From positions 48,018-112,017 of the forward strand of contig CAVTVR010000007.1 of assembly GCA_963738225.1 (NCBI GenBank): a stretch of 64,000 nt of DNA, read 5' to 3'. The notes below the pieces were generated by a model. That model worked only from the letters and a program-made list of their open reading frames with translations, was not told the DNA's origin and searched no databases. Of the stretch, positions 28,699-38,043 are shown piece by piece; the first letter of the stretch is position 1; the number at the start of each line of letters is the position of its first letter. A program made the translations under genes and the position numbers. This DNA is from an uncultured Verrucomicrobiae bacterium (lineage in GTDB: Bacteria; Verrucomicrobiota; Verrucomicrobiia; Limisphaerales; UBA11358).

Positions 28699-29550
28699 GT
28701 GCGTTATTTCCTTATCCTATTAAGCATTTGGCTGGGTTTGGCGGCAAATGTTTTTGCAGCGGAGACATTGACGCTGACTTTGACGGACGGCACATCCGTG
28801 ACCGGCGATATTGTGAAATCCGACGACTATGGCGTGATGCTCCACACGGCAGGGGAAACTTATACGACCACGACCATCCCATGGCCGCAGTTCTCGCAAG
28901 ACTCATTGAAACAGCTCGCAAAAATTCCAAACCTTCAAGCTTATGTGGAACCGTTCATCGAGCCGACGGAAGCCGACCGCCCGCCGAAGGCGGAAATCAA
29001 GGTCAATGCGGTCACCCGAATGCATCGTCCCGAAACATCCGTCCATCTTCGGCGGTCTGTTGCGTTCGTCGGTGGGCTGGTTCATCCTGCTGGTGATTTA
29101 CGCGGCCAATCTTTACGCGGCGTATGAAATCGCGGTTGTGCGCGGCAGGCCGGCGGGCGTGGTGATCGGTCTTTCGGCGGTGTTGCCGTTGATCGGGCCG
29201 GTTTTTTTCCTGACGAAATCCGATCCAGCCGGAGCCAGTGGCAGACGAACCGGGAGCCGTGGCGGCGCCCACTCCGCCGGTATCGTCGGCAGAGTCGCCG
29301 GCAGAGTCATCGGCAGAGGAGATTCCCATGGTCTCCGCCACGTGGCAGTCGTCGCACGGAGGAAAAGAAACCGCAGCCGCAGGTGTTTGCGCGCGGCAAA
29401 TTCACGTTCAACAAGCGCTTTATCGAAACGAAATTTGCCGGCTTCATCGGCGAGACCAAGGGCGAAGCGAAAAATTGTGCGATGGAGGTCAAGACCCTGA
29501 AGGCAACATTTGCCGTCGAGCGCATCATGCAGGTCGGCAGGCTGAAATGA
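28699..29550 (+). CDS. hypothetical signal-peptide/membrane protein, about three frame breaks
   Basis: GTG 28699 (MRYFLILLSIWLGLAANVFAAE). Continues through frames 28943 (two TM segments), 29238 and a fourth frame ending ...KATFAVERIMQVGRLK, stop 29548-29550. Confidence 0.4.
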
Positions 29551-29627
29551 TTTTTGAAACCCCGAACGGCCAAGTCACGGTGCCGTTTGCCGACATCCAG
29601 GAAATAAAACTCAACCCCAAAACCGAT

Positions 29628-30209
29628 TTGAAATACAGCACGATACTCTTGTTTGGCGCGCCCGGGTCGGGCAAAGGCACGCAGGGGAAAATCCTCGGCG
29701 CGATTCCCGGATTTGTCCATTGCAGTTGCGGCGAAGTGTTCCGCAACTTGAGTCCGGAAACGCCGCTGGGCAAAATTTTTGTCGAATACTCCAGCCAGGG
29801 CCGGCTGGTGCCGGACGAACCGACCATCGAGTTGTGGCAGCAGTTCGCGCACGGCCTCACGGTGACCGGACGGTTTCATCCCCGGCGCGACACGCTCGTG
29901 CTGGACGGCATCCCGCGCAATGTCCATCAGGCGGAAATGCTCACTAAATTTGTCCGGGTCGTCGCCGTGTTTTACCTGTGCAGCAGCAATGTAAATAATC
30001 TCATTGCGCGTTTGCAGCGCCGCGCGCTCAAGGACAACCGCTTGGATGACGCCAACATCAACGTCATCCGCGCGCGTTTGAAAACTTATGAAGAGGAAAC
30101 CAAGCCGGTGCTGAATTTTTACGGCAAAAAATTCATTCACCGCGTCAGTTCCGACGGGACGCCGCCGGAGACCTTCCTGGAAATCCTCCGGCACATCGTC
30201 AAATTGTGA
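29628..30209 (+). CDS. adk: adenylate kinase family nucleoside-monophosphate kinase
   Basis: P-loop ILLFGAPGSGKGTQG, then GRLVPDEPT and LVLDGIPRN. In-frame TTG 29628 gives a canonical N-terminus. ATG 29547 is an alternative start. Confidence 0.72.
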   Translation: MKYSTILLFGAPGSGKGTQGKILGAIPGFVHCSCGEVFRNLSPETPLGKIFVEYSSQGRLVPDEPTIELWQQFAHGLTVTGRFHPRRDTLVLDGIPRNVHQAEMLTKFVRVVAVFYLCSSNVNNLIARLQRRALKDNRLDDANINVIRARLKTYEEETKPVLNFYGKKFIHRVSSDGTPPETFLEILRHIVKL

Positions 30210-30258
30210 ACCGGTGGCCGGTTTGCTTTTGCCCGCGCAAGTCACCCTCGCTTGATCC

Positions 30259-31211
30259 GTGAACGCATTGAAAATCATTTTCATGGGCACGGCGGAACTG
30301 TCCTGCGCCAGCCTCGAAATGCTGGCGCAGGATGAAAAGTTCCGCGTCAGCGCGGTTGTCACCCAGCCGGACAAACCCAAGGGGCGCGAACTCAAGCTCA
30401 CGCCGTCGCCGGTCAAAGTTGCTCGCACAGAAATTGAATCTGCCCGTGCTCCAACCGCTGCAAGGCGCGCGAGGAGATTTTTTTGGGCGAACTCCGCGAA
30501 TTGAAACCGGACTTGATCGTCGTCGTCGCCTACGGACAAATTTTGCCGGCAACGATTTTGGAACTGCCGCCGCATGGCTGTTTGAACGTCCACACTTCGC
30601 TTCTGCCGAAATATCGCGGGGCCGCGCCGATCCAATGGGCCATTGCCAATGGCGAGGCCGAAACCGGCGTGACCATCATGAAAATGGACGCCGGCCTGGA
30701 CACCGGGCCGATTTTGTCCGTGCGCCGCACGCCGATTTTGCCAGCCGACGATTCGCAAAAGCTGCACGATCGCCTTGCCCGGCTCGGCGCGGCACTGCTT
30801 GGCGAAACGATTCCCGCATACGTTGCCGGTGAAATTTTACCGCAGCCGCAGTCCGCCGAAGGCTGCACCTACGCTGCGAAGATCAAAAAAGAGGATGGCA
30901 AAATTGACTGGAACATGCCGGCGGCGCAAATCTGGAACCGGTTGCGCGCTTTCACGCCGTGGCCGGGCGTGTTCACTTTTTTTCAAACCGAAACCAAACC
31001 ACAATTGCTGAAAATCTGGAAGGCGGAAGTCGTCGAAAAAAACGGCCGGGCGGGAGCCATTTTATCCGCGGACAAAACGGGCATCGTGGCCGGATGCGGA
31101 GAAAATGCGCTGAGGATTTTGGAACTGCAACGCGAAGGCGGTCGGCGATTGACGGCGGGTGAATTTCTCGCCGGATTTCCATTGCCGACGGGCGCTAGGT
31201 TTGAAGGTTAG
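30259..31211 (+). CDS. fmt: methionyl-tRNA formyltransferase, two frame breaks
   Basis: MNALKIIFMGTAELS..., VVTQPDKPKGR, HTSLLPKYRGAAPIQWAI. Frame changes needed near 30420 and 30465. Confidence 0.88.
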
Positions 31212-31236
31212 AGATTTTCAATGGAAAAACGGTCAC

Positions 31237-32307
31237 TCATTCCCGCGCGATGATTTGCAGCGCCGCCTTCAGGTAGCCCATCGCGAACGCCATGCCCGCG
31301 TGCCACGGCGCGCCGCATGACATCTGCGGCGTGTGGTCGGGAATCAGCACGCCGTCAAAATCATTCTTCCGCAAAATCCGCAGCACGCGCAGCATGTCAA
31401 TGTCGCCGTCGTCAATGAAGGTTTCTCGATAAAACGGAACTTTGCCCGTGACATTGCGGAAATGGACGTAGGCAAGTTTTTGCTGGCGGCTGTATTGTTC
31501 AACCGTTTCGTAGATGTCGCCTTCGGTCATTTCCGCAAGCGAACCGAGACAAAATTCCAGCGCGTTTGCGCGGCTCGGCTTCAAATCAATGACCCGCTGG
31601 TAAAGCTGCGGTTGATAAACCAGCCGCGGCTGGCCGCGCATCGTGGGCAACGGCGGATCATCGGGATGCAGCGCCAGTTTCACGCCGGCTTCCTCGGCCA
31701 CCGGAATGATTTCGCGCAGAAAATCGCCGAGCCGCTGCCAGAGTTGTTCTTGCGTGGCGGAGGGAACATTGCCCGCCGGCGCGTTTTCGTCCACGACCAT
31801 GTTCCACGCCATGCCGTTGGGCATCGGCATTTCGAGCGGGCCTTCCATGCCGACGGACATCGCGCCGCCGCGCGCATAAGGCCGATGCGTGCGCCCGCAA
31901 ACGCCCGCGATGCTGAAATTGTAGCCCAGAATCGGAATGCCGGCCCGGCCGAGGTTGCGGATAATCGTTTTGCAGTTTTCCAGGTGCGCGTTTTTTTCGG
32001 GACCGTCGAGCAGCACGTCATGCCAGTGTGCCGGATCAAAATTTTCAATCGCTTCCAGTTTCAAATCCTCAGCCTCGATGCTCTGGCGCAACTGAATCAA
32101 TTCCTCTGCCGTCCAGAGTTTGTCCGGGTCGCCGGCCAGCCCCCAGCCGCGCTCGGCGCCGGTGGGCTGGTTGTCGCGTGGATTTTTCGCGCCGCCTTTG
32201 AAGTAGTCCACCAGATGCGCGACGATGTGGGTCGCCCCCGCCTGCCGCGCGAATTGAAAATTTTCGCGGGTCAGCATGTGCCGGTAAAGTCCGAAGCCAA
32301 GTTTCAT
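31237..32307 (-). CDS. uxuA: mannonate dehydratase-like (UxuA family, xylose-isomerase-like TIM barrel)
   Basis: 356 aa. The pattern MKLGFGLYRHML...ARQAGATHIVAHL... is recalled from the non-enterobacterial UxuA group. Assignment is by resemblance only. Confidence 0.68.
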   Translation of the reverse strand: MKLGFGLYRHMLTRENFQFARQAGATHIVAHLVDYFKGGAKNPRDNQPTGAERGWGLAGDPDKLWTAEELIQLRQSIEAEDLKLEAIENFDPAHWHDVLLDGPEKNAHLENCKTIIRNLGRAGIPILGYNFSIAGVCGRTHRPYARGGAMSVGMEGPLEMPMPNGMAWNMVVDENAPAGNVPSATQEQLWQRLGDFLREIIPVAEEAGVKLALHPDDPPLPTMRGQPRLVYQPQLYQRVIDLKPSRANALEFCLGSLAEMTEGDIYETVEQYSRQQKLAYVHFRNVTGKVPFYRETFIDDGDIDMLRVLRILRKNDFDGVLIPDHTPQMSCGAPWHAGMAFAMGYLKAALQIIARE

Positions 32308-32407
32308 GGAAACAATCGTTGCCCCGACACTGTTGACTTCAAGCGCGACCGGTTCAAGCTGGAAATTTTTTCAGAAAAGCGCTCTGCGCGGCCCAATTCA
32401 TCACCAA

Positions 32408-33901
32408 CTACGGTCCGCCGTTGTGGCAGTCAATGCAGGACGGATTTTCGTCCAGATCGCCGGCGGGATGGATGAATTTCTGGCCGCCGGGTGTGAGTTT
32501 CTGCAACTCCGCGCCGCTGCCTTGCGCGAGAATGGTGTGGCAGGCATTGCAATCGTTGGCCTTGATGCTGCGCTTGCCGTCGTCAGTCTTGTGCCGGCCA
32601 TCGTGACAGCGGAAGCAGCCGGGCCAGATCATGTGGCCGATGTTGTCGGGATAAACGTTCCACTGCGCTTTCATTTCCGGGAAGAAGTTGTCGCGGTAAA
32701 TTTGCTGCAACGCGGAGATGGCGGGTTTGACGCGCGGCTCGTTGGGATAATGTTCGGCCATGAACGTCGCGATGCCGTTGGTGGCTTCGTTTTCGTTTTG
32801 GTATTTGCGGGTCAACGCCCAAACCGCGTTGGTTTTGACCCACGGCAGTGTGCGATCAATCTGCCCCAGTTCCATGGCAAGATTGACGGCGTTGTCCGGC
32901 GCGACATAACGATGGGATGGGCGGTTGTGGCAATCCATGCAATCCATTTTGCGGATTTCAAACTGGCTGATGTCGTTCGTGAATTTCGGATCGTGATAGA
33001 CGGTGACCACGCCTTGCTGATCGGTGATGCGCACCCAGGGGATTTTCTGCCGTTCGGCATCCGTGGCGATGTATTCCACGCTGTTGCCCACCACCATGTG
33101 CCAGTGGATGCCGCCCACGGGTCCATGCGTGGGATCCGAGCCGCCGATTTTGACGGACAAACGGATGGACCACGGCGTGTTGGTGGCGTCGCCTTGAAAA
33201 TAGGCGAAAGTGCGGTCGAGATTGCCGTAAAATTTTTGCGGCCAGTGACATTCCTCGCAGGTCTCGCGCGCGGGGCGCAGATTTTTGATCGGCGTCGGAA
33301 TCGGGCGCGGATATTTATTGAACAATACGGAGTAGACCTGATAGCTGCCCGAAAGTTTTGAGCGCACGAACCAGGTGGCGCCCGAACCGACATGACAGGC
33401 GGCACAGGCGACCCGCGCGTGCGGCCCGTGGTCGTGCGTGGTCAGTTCGGGTTTCATCACGCCGTGGCAGGTCTCGCCGCAAAATTGCACTGATTCGGTG
33501 AACTGAAAGGTATTATAGCTGCCGATCGCGGCGACCATGAGAAACACCACGGTGCCGGATAGAAACGCGGCCATGATGCGGCGGTCGCGCGGACGCGACA
33601 GATCAATTTGCATTGGCGCAACCCCAACCCAGACGGCCTGCCGGCTGCGACGGCGACGCTCGTGAAAAATGCCCAGCGCCGTCAGAAATAATCCGAAGGT
33701 TAAAAAGCCCGGCGCGATCATCCATTTCAAGATGCTGACGTAGGGATTTGAAAAATGGGCGAACAAGTCCAGCACGAACAACAGAAAGAACGAAAAGAAA
33801 CTGCCAATGACGATGACCAATCCCGTCAAACTTATCCAATTGCGCATCAGGGAGGGACGCGCCGGCGGTTGTTCGGAAGCTGCTTTGTTTTCTAAATTCA
33901 T
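32408..33901 (-). CDS. inner-membrane heptahaem c-type cytochrome (NapC/NirT-related, ImcH-like architecture)
   Basis: Three N-terminal TM segments, then seven CxxCH motifs: CGETCH, CAACH, CEECH, CMDCH, CFRCH, CNACH, CIDCH. Confidence 0.8.
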   Translation of the reverse strand: MNLENKAASEQPPARPSLMRNWISLTGLVIVIGSFFSFFLLFVLDLFAHFSNPYVSILKWMIAPGFLTFGLFLTALGIFHERRRRSRQAVWVGVAPMQIDLSRPRDRRIMAAFLSGTVVFLMVAAIGSYNTFQFTESVQFCGETCHGVMKPELTTHDHGPHARVACAACHVGSGATWFVRSKLSGSYQVYSVLFNKYPRPIPTPIKNLRPARETCEECHWPQKFYGNLDRTFAYFQGDATNTPWSIRLSVKIGGSDPTHGPVGGIHWHMVVGNSVEYIATDAERQKIPWVRITDQQGVVTVYHDPKFTNDISQFEIRKMDCMDCHNRPSHRYVAPDNAVNLAMELGQIDRTLPWVKTNAVWALTRKYQNENEATNGIATFMAEHYPNEPRVKPAISALQQIYRDNFFPEMKAQWNVYPDNIGHMIWPGCFRCHDGRHKTDDGKRSIKANDCNACHTILAQGSGAELQKLTPGGQKFIHPAGDLDENPSCIDCHNGGP

Positions 33902-34069
33902 AGTGACAACTGCAATGTTTCGTCTTGTGCTTTTGGAACGGGAGCATGGTCCGCGCTCGCATGAAGAATCTGACAGGGATGGCTTGTTCTGGCGCGTCCT
34001 CTATTGCCAAAGGCTAAACATTTCTTGTCTGCCAAATAACAAATTATGTCCTACGGATGGAAGCGAGAG

Positions 34070-35317
34070 TCAGGTCGCCCCGGCCACGGACGAGCCGTGC
34101 TGCGGCCCGGAATCACTGGAAGGCAGCCGTTCGGAGAGAAACAATTTCACCAGCACGGTCAGGATGATGAACGGCAGAATCAAAATGAAACCGCCGAGCA
34201 GCAAACCTTCGGAGCCCATGAAATCCAGATGGTAGCCCATCACGCCGCGCAGACTCTTGGAAAACATCTGGCCGCCCATGACCACGTTCCAGCGCATGGC
34301 CAGCACGCCGATGAGGACCATGAAGGAACTGCAGTAAATCATCCGCCGCCGGATTTGCTCCGGCACGCGCTTGCGGAGGAGTTGGAGCGAGCCGAGCAGC
34401 AAAAGCGGCGTCAGCGTGCCGACGGTGACCTGCGCCAGATTCATGGTGTAAAAAAGTTTTTCGCGCATCATGATGGCGATTACCGAATAGCCTTCCTCGG
34501 CGGCGTAGGAACGATGCAGCCAGTCCAATCCTTCGATCGTCCCGTCCACCACCAGCGCATAAAAAAGAAACATCGCCATCGTGTCTAGGCAGGCCATGTC
34601 CACGATTTTCCGCCGCGCCCATGTGAGGTTGACGTAGTTAAACACGCACAGCGCGATGCCCGAAACGACGGCAGACAGGATGAAAATAATTGGCATCAGC
34701 ACATTGCCCCACAAAGGATTTGCCTTGATGGAACCGAAGATGAAGCCGACATAGCCGTGCAGCAAAAACGCCGACGGAATGCCGATGATCGAAAGGATGC
34801 GGCCAAATTTCATGTCCAATCCCACAGCCGCCGGCGACACATCGTTCACGCCCAAAGTCAGCGCGCGATACAACATGCTGCGAAAACCTGTGGCCGTCTT
34901 CGACCATTCCACGAAGTCGCGGCGAAAATCAAACCATAGTTCCAACAGCAAAACCGCCATTAGATACCACGCATAAACAAAGCCGAAGCACGCCATCGGC
35001 GAAGTCAGATGCGGCGTCATCATGATCTCGTAGTTCCGTTCCGGATGGCCGAGGTGGCACAGCAATGGCAGCGGCGCGCACAGCAAAAACGCAAACGCCG
35101 TCAGCAGTGAAAAGCGATAAATGGGTTCCAGCGCCTTCACTTTGAACACGCGCACCAGCGACGCCATGATGAACGCGCCGGCCACCAATCCGGTGACATA
35201 GGGATAAACGACAATCAAAAAGCTCCACAGGGGATGGGCATGAGCTTCGTTGGGATAAACATATCCCTCGAACATCGGCTGCGCCTCGGCGACGAGATTG
35301 GCTACTTCATTTGTCAT
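34070..35317 (-). CDS. NrfD/PsrC-family polytopic quinone-interacting membrane subunit
   Basis: 415 aa, about 10 hydrophobic segments. The N-terminal region HPLWSFLIVVYPYVTGLVAGAF is typical of the NrfD family. Lies next to the FeS subunit. Confidence 0.83.
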   Translation of the reverse strand: MTNEVANLVAEAQPMFEGYVYPNEAHAHPLWSFLIVVYPYVTGLVAGAFIMASLVRVFKVKALEPIYRFSLLTAFAFLLCAPLPLLCHLGHPERNYEIMMTPHLTSPMACFGFVYAWYLMAVLLLELWFDFRRDFVEWSKTATGFRSMLYRALTLGVNDVSPAAVGLDMKFGRILSIIGIPSAFLLHGYVGFIFGSIKANPLWGNVLMPIIFILSAVVSGIALCVFNYVNLTWARRKIVDMACLDTMAMFLFYALVVDGTIEGLDWLHRSYAAEEGYSVIAIMMREKLFYTMNLAQVTVGTLTPLLLLGSLQLLRKRVPEQIRRRMIYCSSFMVLIGVLAMRWNVVMGGQMFSKSLRGVMGYHLDFMGSEGLLLGGFILILPFIILTVLVKLFLSERLPSSDSGPQHGSSVAGAT

Positions 35318-35320
35318 GGC

Positions 35321-36133
35321 TTATCTTACCTCCTTGTCCAAACCGGCGTAACTAACACTCGGCTCCGTGCCCAAATGCGGTTTCAGCACCTGGACGCGAT
35401 TGTTCTGCAGAAATTTCTGGAGCGGATCGTCATCCCCCGTCGGATTTTTCAAATCGCCAAACACTCGCGCCTCTGCCGGACAAATTTCCACGCACGCCGG
35501 TTTCAGTCCGCGCGTCGTGCGGTGATAACACAGCGTGCATTTCTCGGCGGTCTTGGTGACCGGACTCAGAAAGCGCGCGCCGTAGGGACATGCCTGGACG
35601 CAAAACGCGCAGCCAATGCAGTAATTTGGATCTACCAGCACGGCACCGTCGGGCGCTTTGAACGTCGCGCCCACGGGACAAACTTGCGTGCAAGGCGGTT
35701 TTTCGCACAAGTTGCAAAGTTTTGGAACGAAGAAGGAATGTTCGATCTGATCTTTCGGCACTTCAGGTTCGGGAAAACCGTGCATCCCGCCATTGGGGCA
35801 ATCCACGACAGTTTCGCCGCGCGTCTCGCCCGATCCCGGCTTGGGCTTTTTAATAATGTAACGCTCAACCCATGTGCGATAGTAAGGTCCGTCCGGCACG
35901 CCATTTTCCTTCTTACAGGCTTCCGCGCACAAACCACAACCGATGCACTTTGTGTCGTCAATGCAAATCAACCATTTGTGTTTGGTCGGATCGTAAGCGC
36001 GGGGGGCGGTGGTGGAAACCAAAACCTTTTGCACGGCGGCCTTGGCCGCGCGCGCGGCCGAAAGCGACAGCAATCCGGCGATGGCGCCGCCGACTTTGGT
36101 CAATGCGCTGCGACGATTAAATTGAGTTTTCAT
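35321..36133 (-). CDS. Tat-exported 4x[4Fe-4S] ferredoxin subunit (NrfC/PsrB/HybA-like)
   Basis: Twin-arginine leader MKTQFNRRSALTKVGG. Cys clusters CIGCGLC...C, CNLCEKPPC, CIGCAFC and CTLC. Confidence 0.87.
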   Translation of the reverse strand: MKTQFNRRSALTKVGGAIAGLLSLSAARAAKAAVQKVLVSTTAPRAYDPTKHKWLICIDDTKCIGCGLCAEACKKENGVPDGPYYRTWVERYIIKKPKPGSGETRGETVVDCPNGGMHGFPEPEVPKDQIEHSFFVPKLCNLCEKPPCTQVCPVGATFKAPDGAVLVDPNYCIGCAFCVQACPYGARFLSPVTKTAEKCTLCYHRTTRGLKPACVEICPAEARVFGDLKNPTGDDDPLQKFLQNNRVQVLKPHLGTEPSVSYAGLDKEVR

Positions 36134-36621
36134 GGCTTTTTAACAGGCGCTTTGGCGGACGTTTCCTTTGGTTCCTTCGTGGGTTCGTGCGGCGCATGAC
36201 ATTCCTTGCAGTTCTGGCCGTAATGATCCTTCACCACAATTTGCTTGAGCCACTTCGGACGGGAAATGTCCGCTTCGTGGCACCGGATGCAGTGGCTGCC
36301 CGTGGCCTTGACCGGCAGGATGTCTGGATTATTTGCATGATCCGAGCACACGCCGTGACAGCCTTCGCAGGAAAGCGTCTTGTGCGCGCCGGTCGCCAGC
36401 GTGTGCAGAATATCGGAGTGACATTCATCGCACGCCTTTTTGCCAGCGAACAGGGGATCGCGCGAGTTGGCAATCTCGCCCAATGCCGCCCCGCGATACC
36501 ATCCGTATTGCCGGAAAGAAGGCGGGGTCAAAAATGTCCGGGCGACCAGATAAGATCCCACGATGGCCGAGGCCAGGAGAATCAACCTTAAGATTTGCGG
36601 TGGCAGCTTGAAACGGCGCAT
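36130..36621 (-). CDS. membrane-anchored tetrahaem cytochrome c (NrfH/NapC/NirT-like)
   Basis: N-terminal TM anchor (ILRLILLASAIVGSYLV) and four CxxCH motifs (CDECH, CEGCH, CIRCH, CKECH). Its stop overlaps the start of the FeS gene (ATGA). Confidence 0.8.
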   Translation of the reverse strand: MRRFKLPPQILRLILLASAIVGSYLVARTFLTPPSFRQYGWYRGAALGEIANSRDPLFAGKKACDECHSDILHTLATGAHKTLSCEGCHGVCSDHANNPDILPVKATGSHCIRCHEADISRPKWLKQIVVKDHYGQNCKECHAPHEPTKEPKETSAKAPVKKP

Positions 36622-36685
36622 AATTTATGCTTGGCCCGGGTGGAGGGCCGCCGGTTCGACGGCTCCCGCAGGCCAATAAGACGGT

Positions 36686-37030
36686 TCATTTTTTTAATCC
36701 GCGAACGTAGGCAATCAGCGCCTTGACATCGTCGTCCGAGAGCGGCGTGTCCGCGCCGGTCACGAACGCTTTCATCTTGGTTTTGCCGTCGGCGTCCTTG
36801 ATGCCTTCCTTTACCGCCTTGGCCATGTCTTCATCCTTCATATCCGCCTGCACCTTGGCGTCGGTGAAATCCTTGGCGCCGAGCTTCTGGCCTATCTTGG
36901 TGTCGGCCTTGCCGTCGGGACCGTGGCACTTGGCGCACAGGTTGTCATAGTTCTCTTTGCCAACGGCCGCCTTCGCAGACCAAGCCGCAGCGAGACCAAA
37001 CAGCGTGACTAACAGAATTATTTTTTTCAT
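36686..37030 (-). CDS. periplasmic monohaem class I cytochrome c (paralog 1)
   Basis: Signal peptide MKKIILLVTLFGLAAAWSAKA and a single CAKCH. Very similar to the paralog at 37461-37790. Confidence 0.8.
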   Translation of the reverse strand: MKKIILLVTLFGLAAAWSAKAAVGKENYDNLCAKCHGPDGKADTKIGQKLGAKDFTDAKVQADMKDEDMAKAVKEGIKDADGKTKMKAFVTGADTPLSDDDVKALIAYVRGLKK

Positions 37031-37113
37031 TGTTGTATGTCGTTATGATTTGTTTTCGCCGATGAAAAGCACCGGGTTCGAGAGAATCATCGTCCAACCA
37101 ATTAATTTCAACT

Positions 37114-37153
37114 AACCGTATTTTGCCGAATGGCTGACATATTTTGATAAGCC
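37114..37153 (-). promoter_or_regulatory. conserved 40-nt upstream element of cytochrome c paralog 1
   Basis: AACCGTATTTTGCCGAATGGCTGACATATTTTGATAAGCC matches 37874-37913 at 34 of 40 positions. Both sit 84 nt from their ATG. Confidence 0.3.
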
Positions 37154-37402
37154 GCGCTGGCTTTGAAGAGCGCTCGAAGATTTCTGGGTCCACCGACGCG
37201 GTTGGGTGGGAAAAGTTCCATCTGCATGAAGATTGACGGATTGGGAAAATTGGCTGGCCACGAAAATCGGAAGGAAAGCAGCGCGAGAAAAGGTCTCCAT
37301 GTTAATGAAGCTGATCCGACGCGCACATCGCCCTAAGGTCAGTTCCCTCGGCGCAAGAAGATTCCCCGGCGAGACGGCCCGGCGTCCACTATCAGGCTCG
37401 AC

Positions 37403-37448
37403 AAAAAAACTGGCTGCCAGACGGAACCATCAGCCGGCCGGCAGCCAG
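37403..37448 (-). terminator. rho-independent terminator after cytochrome c paralog 2
   Basis: Minus strand: CTGGCTGCC...loop...GGCAGCCAG followed by TTTTTTT, just downstream of the stop at 37461. Confidence 0.6.
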
Positions 37449-37460
37449 AACCACACCAAA

Positions 37461-37790
37461 TTATTTCTTCAAACCACGAACATAGGCCACGAGAGCCTTC
37501 ACTTCATCATCGGACAAAGTGTCAAACGGCTTCATCAAAGTTTTGTCTTCCGGCGATTTCAAACCTTCCTTGATGGCCTTCGTGGCGGCGTCATCCTTCA
37601 TATCGGCCTGCACCTTGGCGTCGGTGAAATCCTTGCAGCCGAGTTTCTGGCCCATCTTGGTGTCGCCCTTGCCTTCGGCACCGTGGCATTTTTGGCACAG
37701 GTTATCCCAGTTTTCCTTGGCGTCGGCCGCCTTTGCAGACAAGGCTGCGGCGAGACCGAACAGCGTGACCAGCAGAATAATTTTTTTCAT
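37461..37790 (-). CDS. periplasmic monohaem class I cytochrome c (paralog 2)
   Basis: Trimmed to ATG 37790 (MKKIILLVTLFGLAAALSAKA). Single CQKCH. The C-terminus ...DDEVKALVAYVRGLKK parallels paralog 1. Confidence 0.8.
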   Translation of the reverse strand: MKKIILLVTLFGLAAALSAKAADAKENWDNLCQKCHGAEGKGDTKMGQKLGCKDFTDAKVQADMKDDAATKAIKEGLKSPEDKTLMKPFDTLSDDEVKALVAYVRGLKK

Positions 37791-37873
37791 CGTCGTATAT
37801 CGGTTAAGTTTTACGTTGCCGATGCAAAGCATCGCGTTCAAGCAGAGTGTCACTCACAATGGGAAATTCGACC

Positions 37874-37913
37874 AACCATATTTTGACCAATGGTTGACAT
37901 TTTTTGAAAAGCC
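37874..37913 (-). promoter_or_regulatory. conserved 40-nt upstream element of cytochrome c paralog 2
   Basis: AACCATATTTTGACCAATGGTTGACATTTTTTGAAAAGCC. Contains the inverted repeat CAACCAT...ATGGTTG. Same spacing to the ATG as 37114-37153. Confidence 0.3.
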
Positions 37914-38043
37914 TGCCGATCCCGGATTTTGCCGCCGGCATGAATTTCGGGTTGCCAGCACCGTCAATGAAATGCTTTTTCAGATTCACCGCCGGCCTTT
38001 TGCTTCGGTTGATTTTAAAACGGCATATCTGTGGGCTGCGTCT

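Noticed and set aside
37233-37886. A + strand 217-aa ORF between and over the cytochrome c paralogs.
   Set aside because: It is antisense to the paralog-2 coding sequence and its terminator. It has no protein-like pattern.
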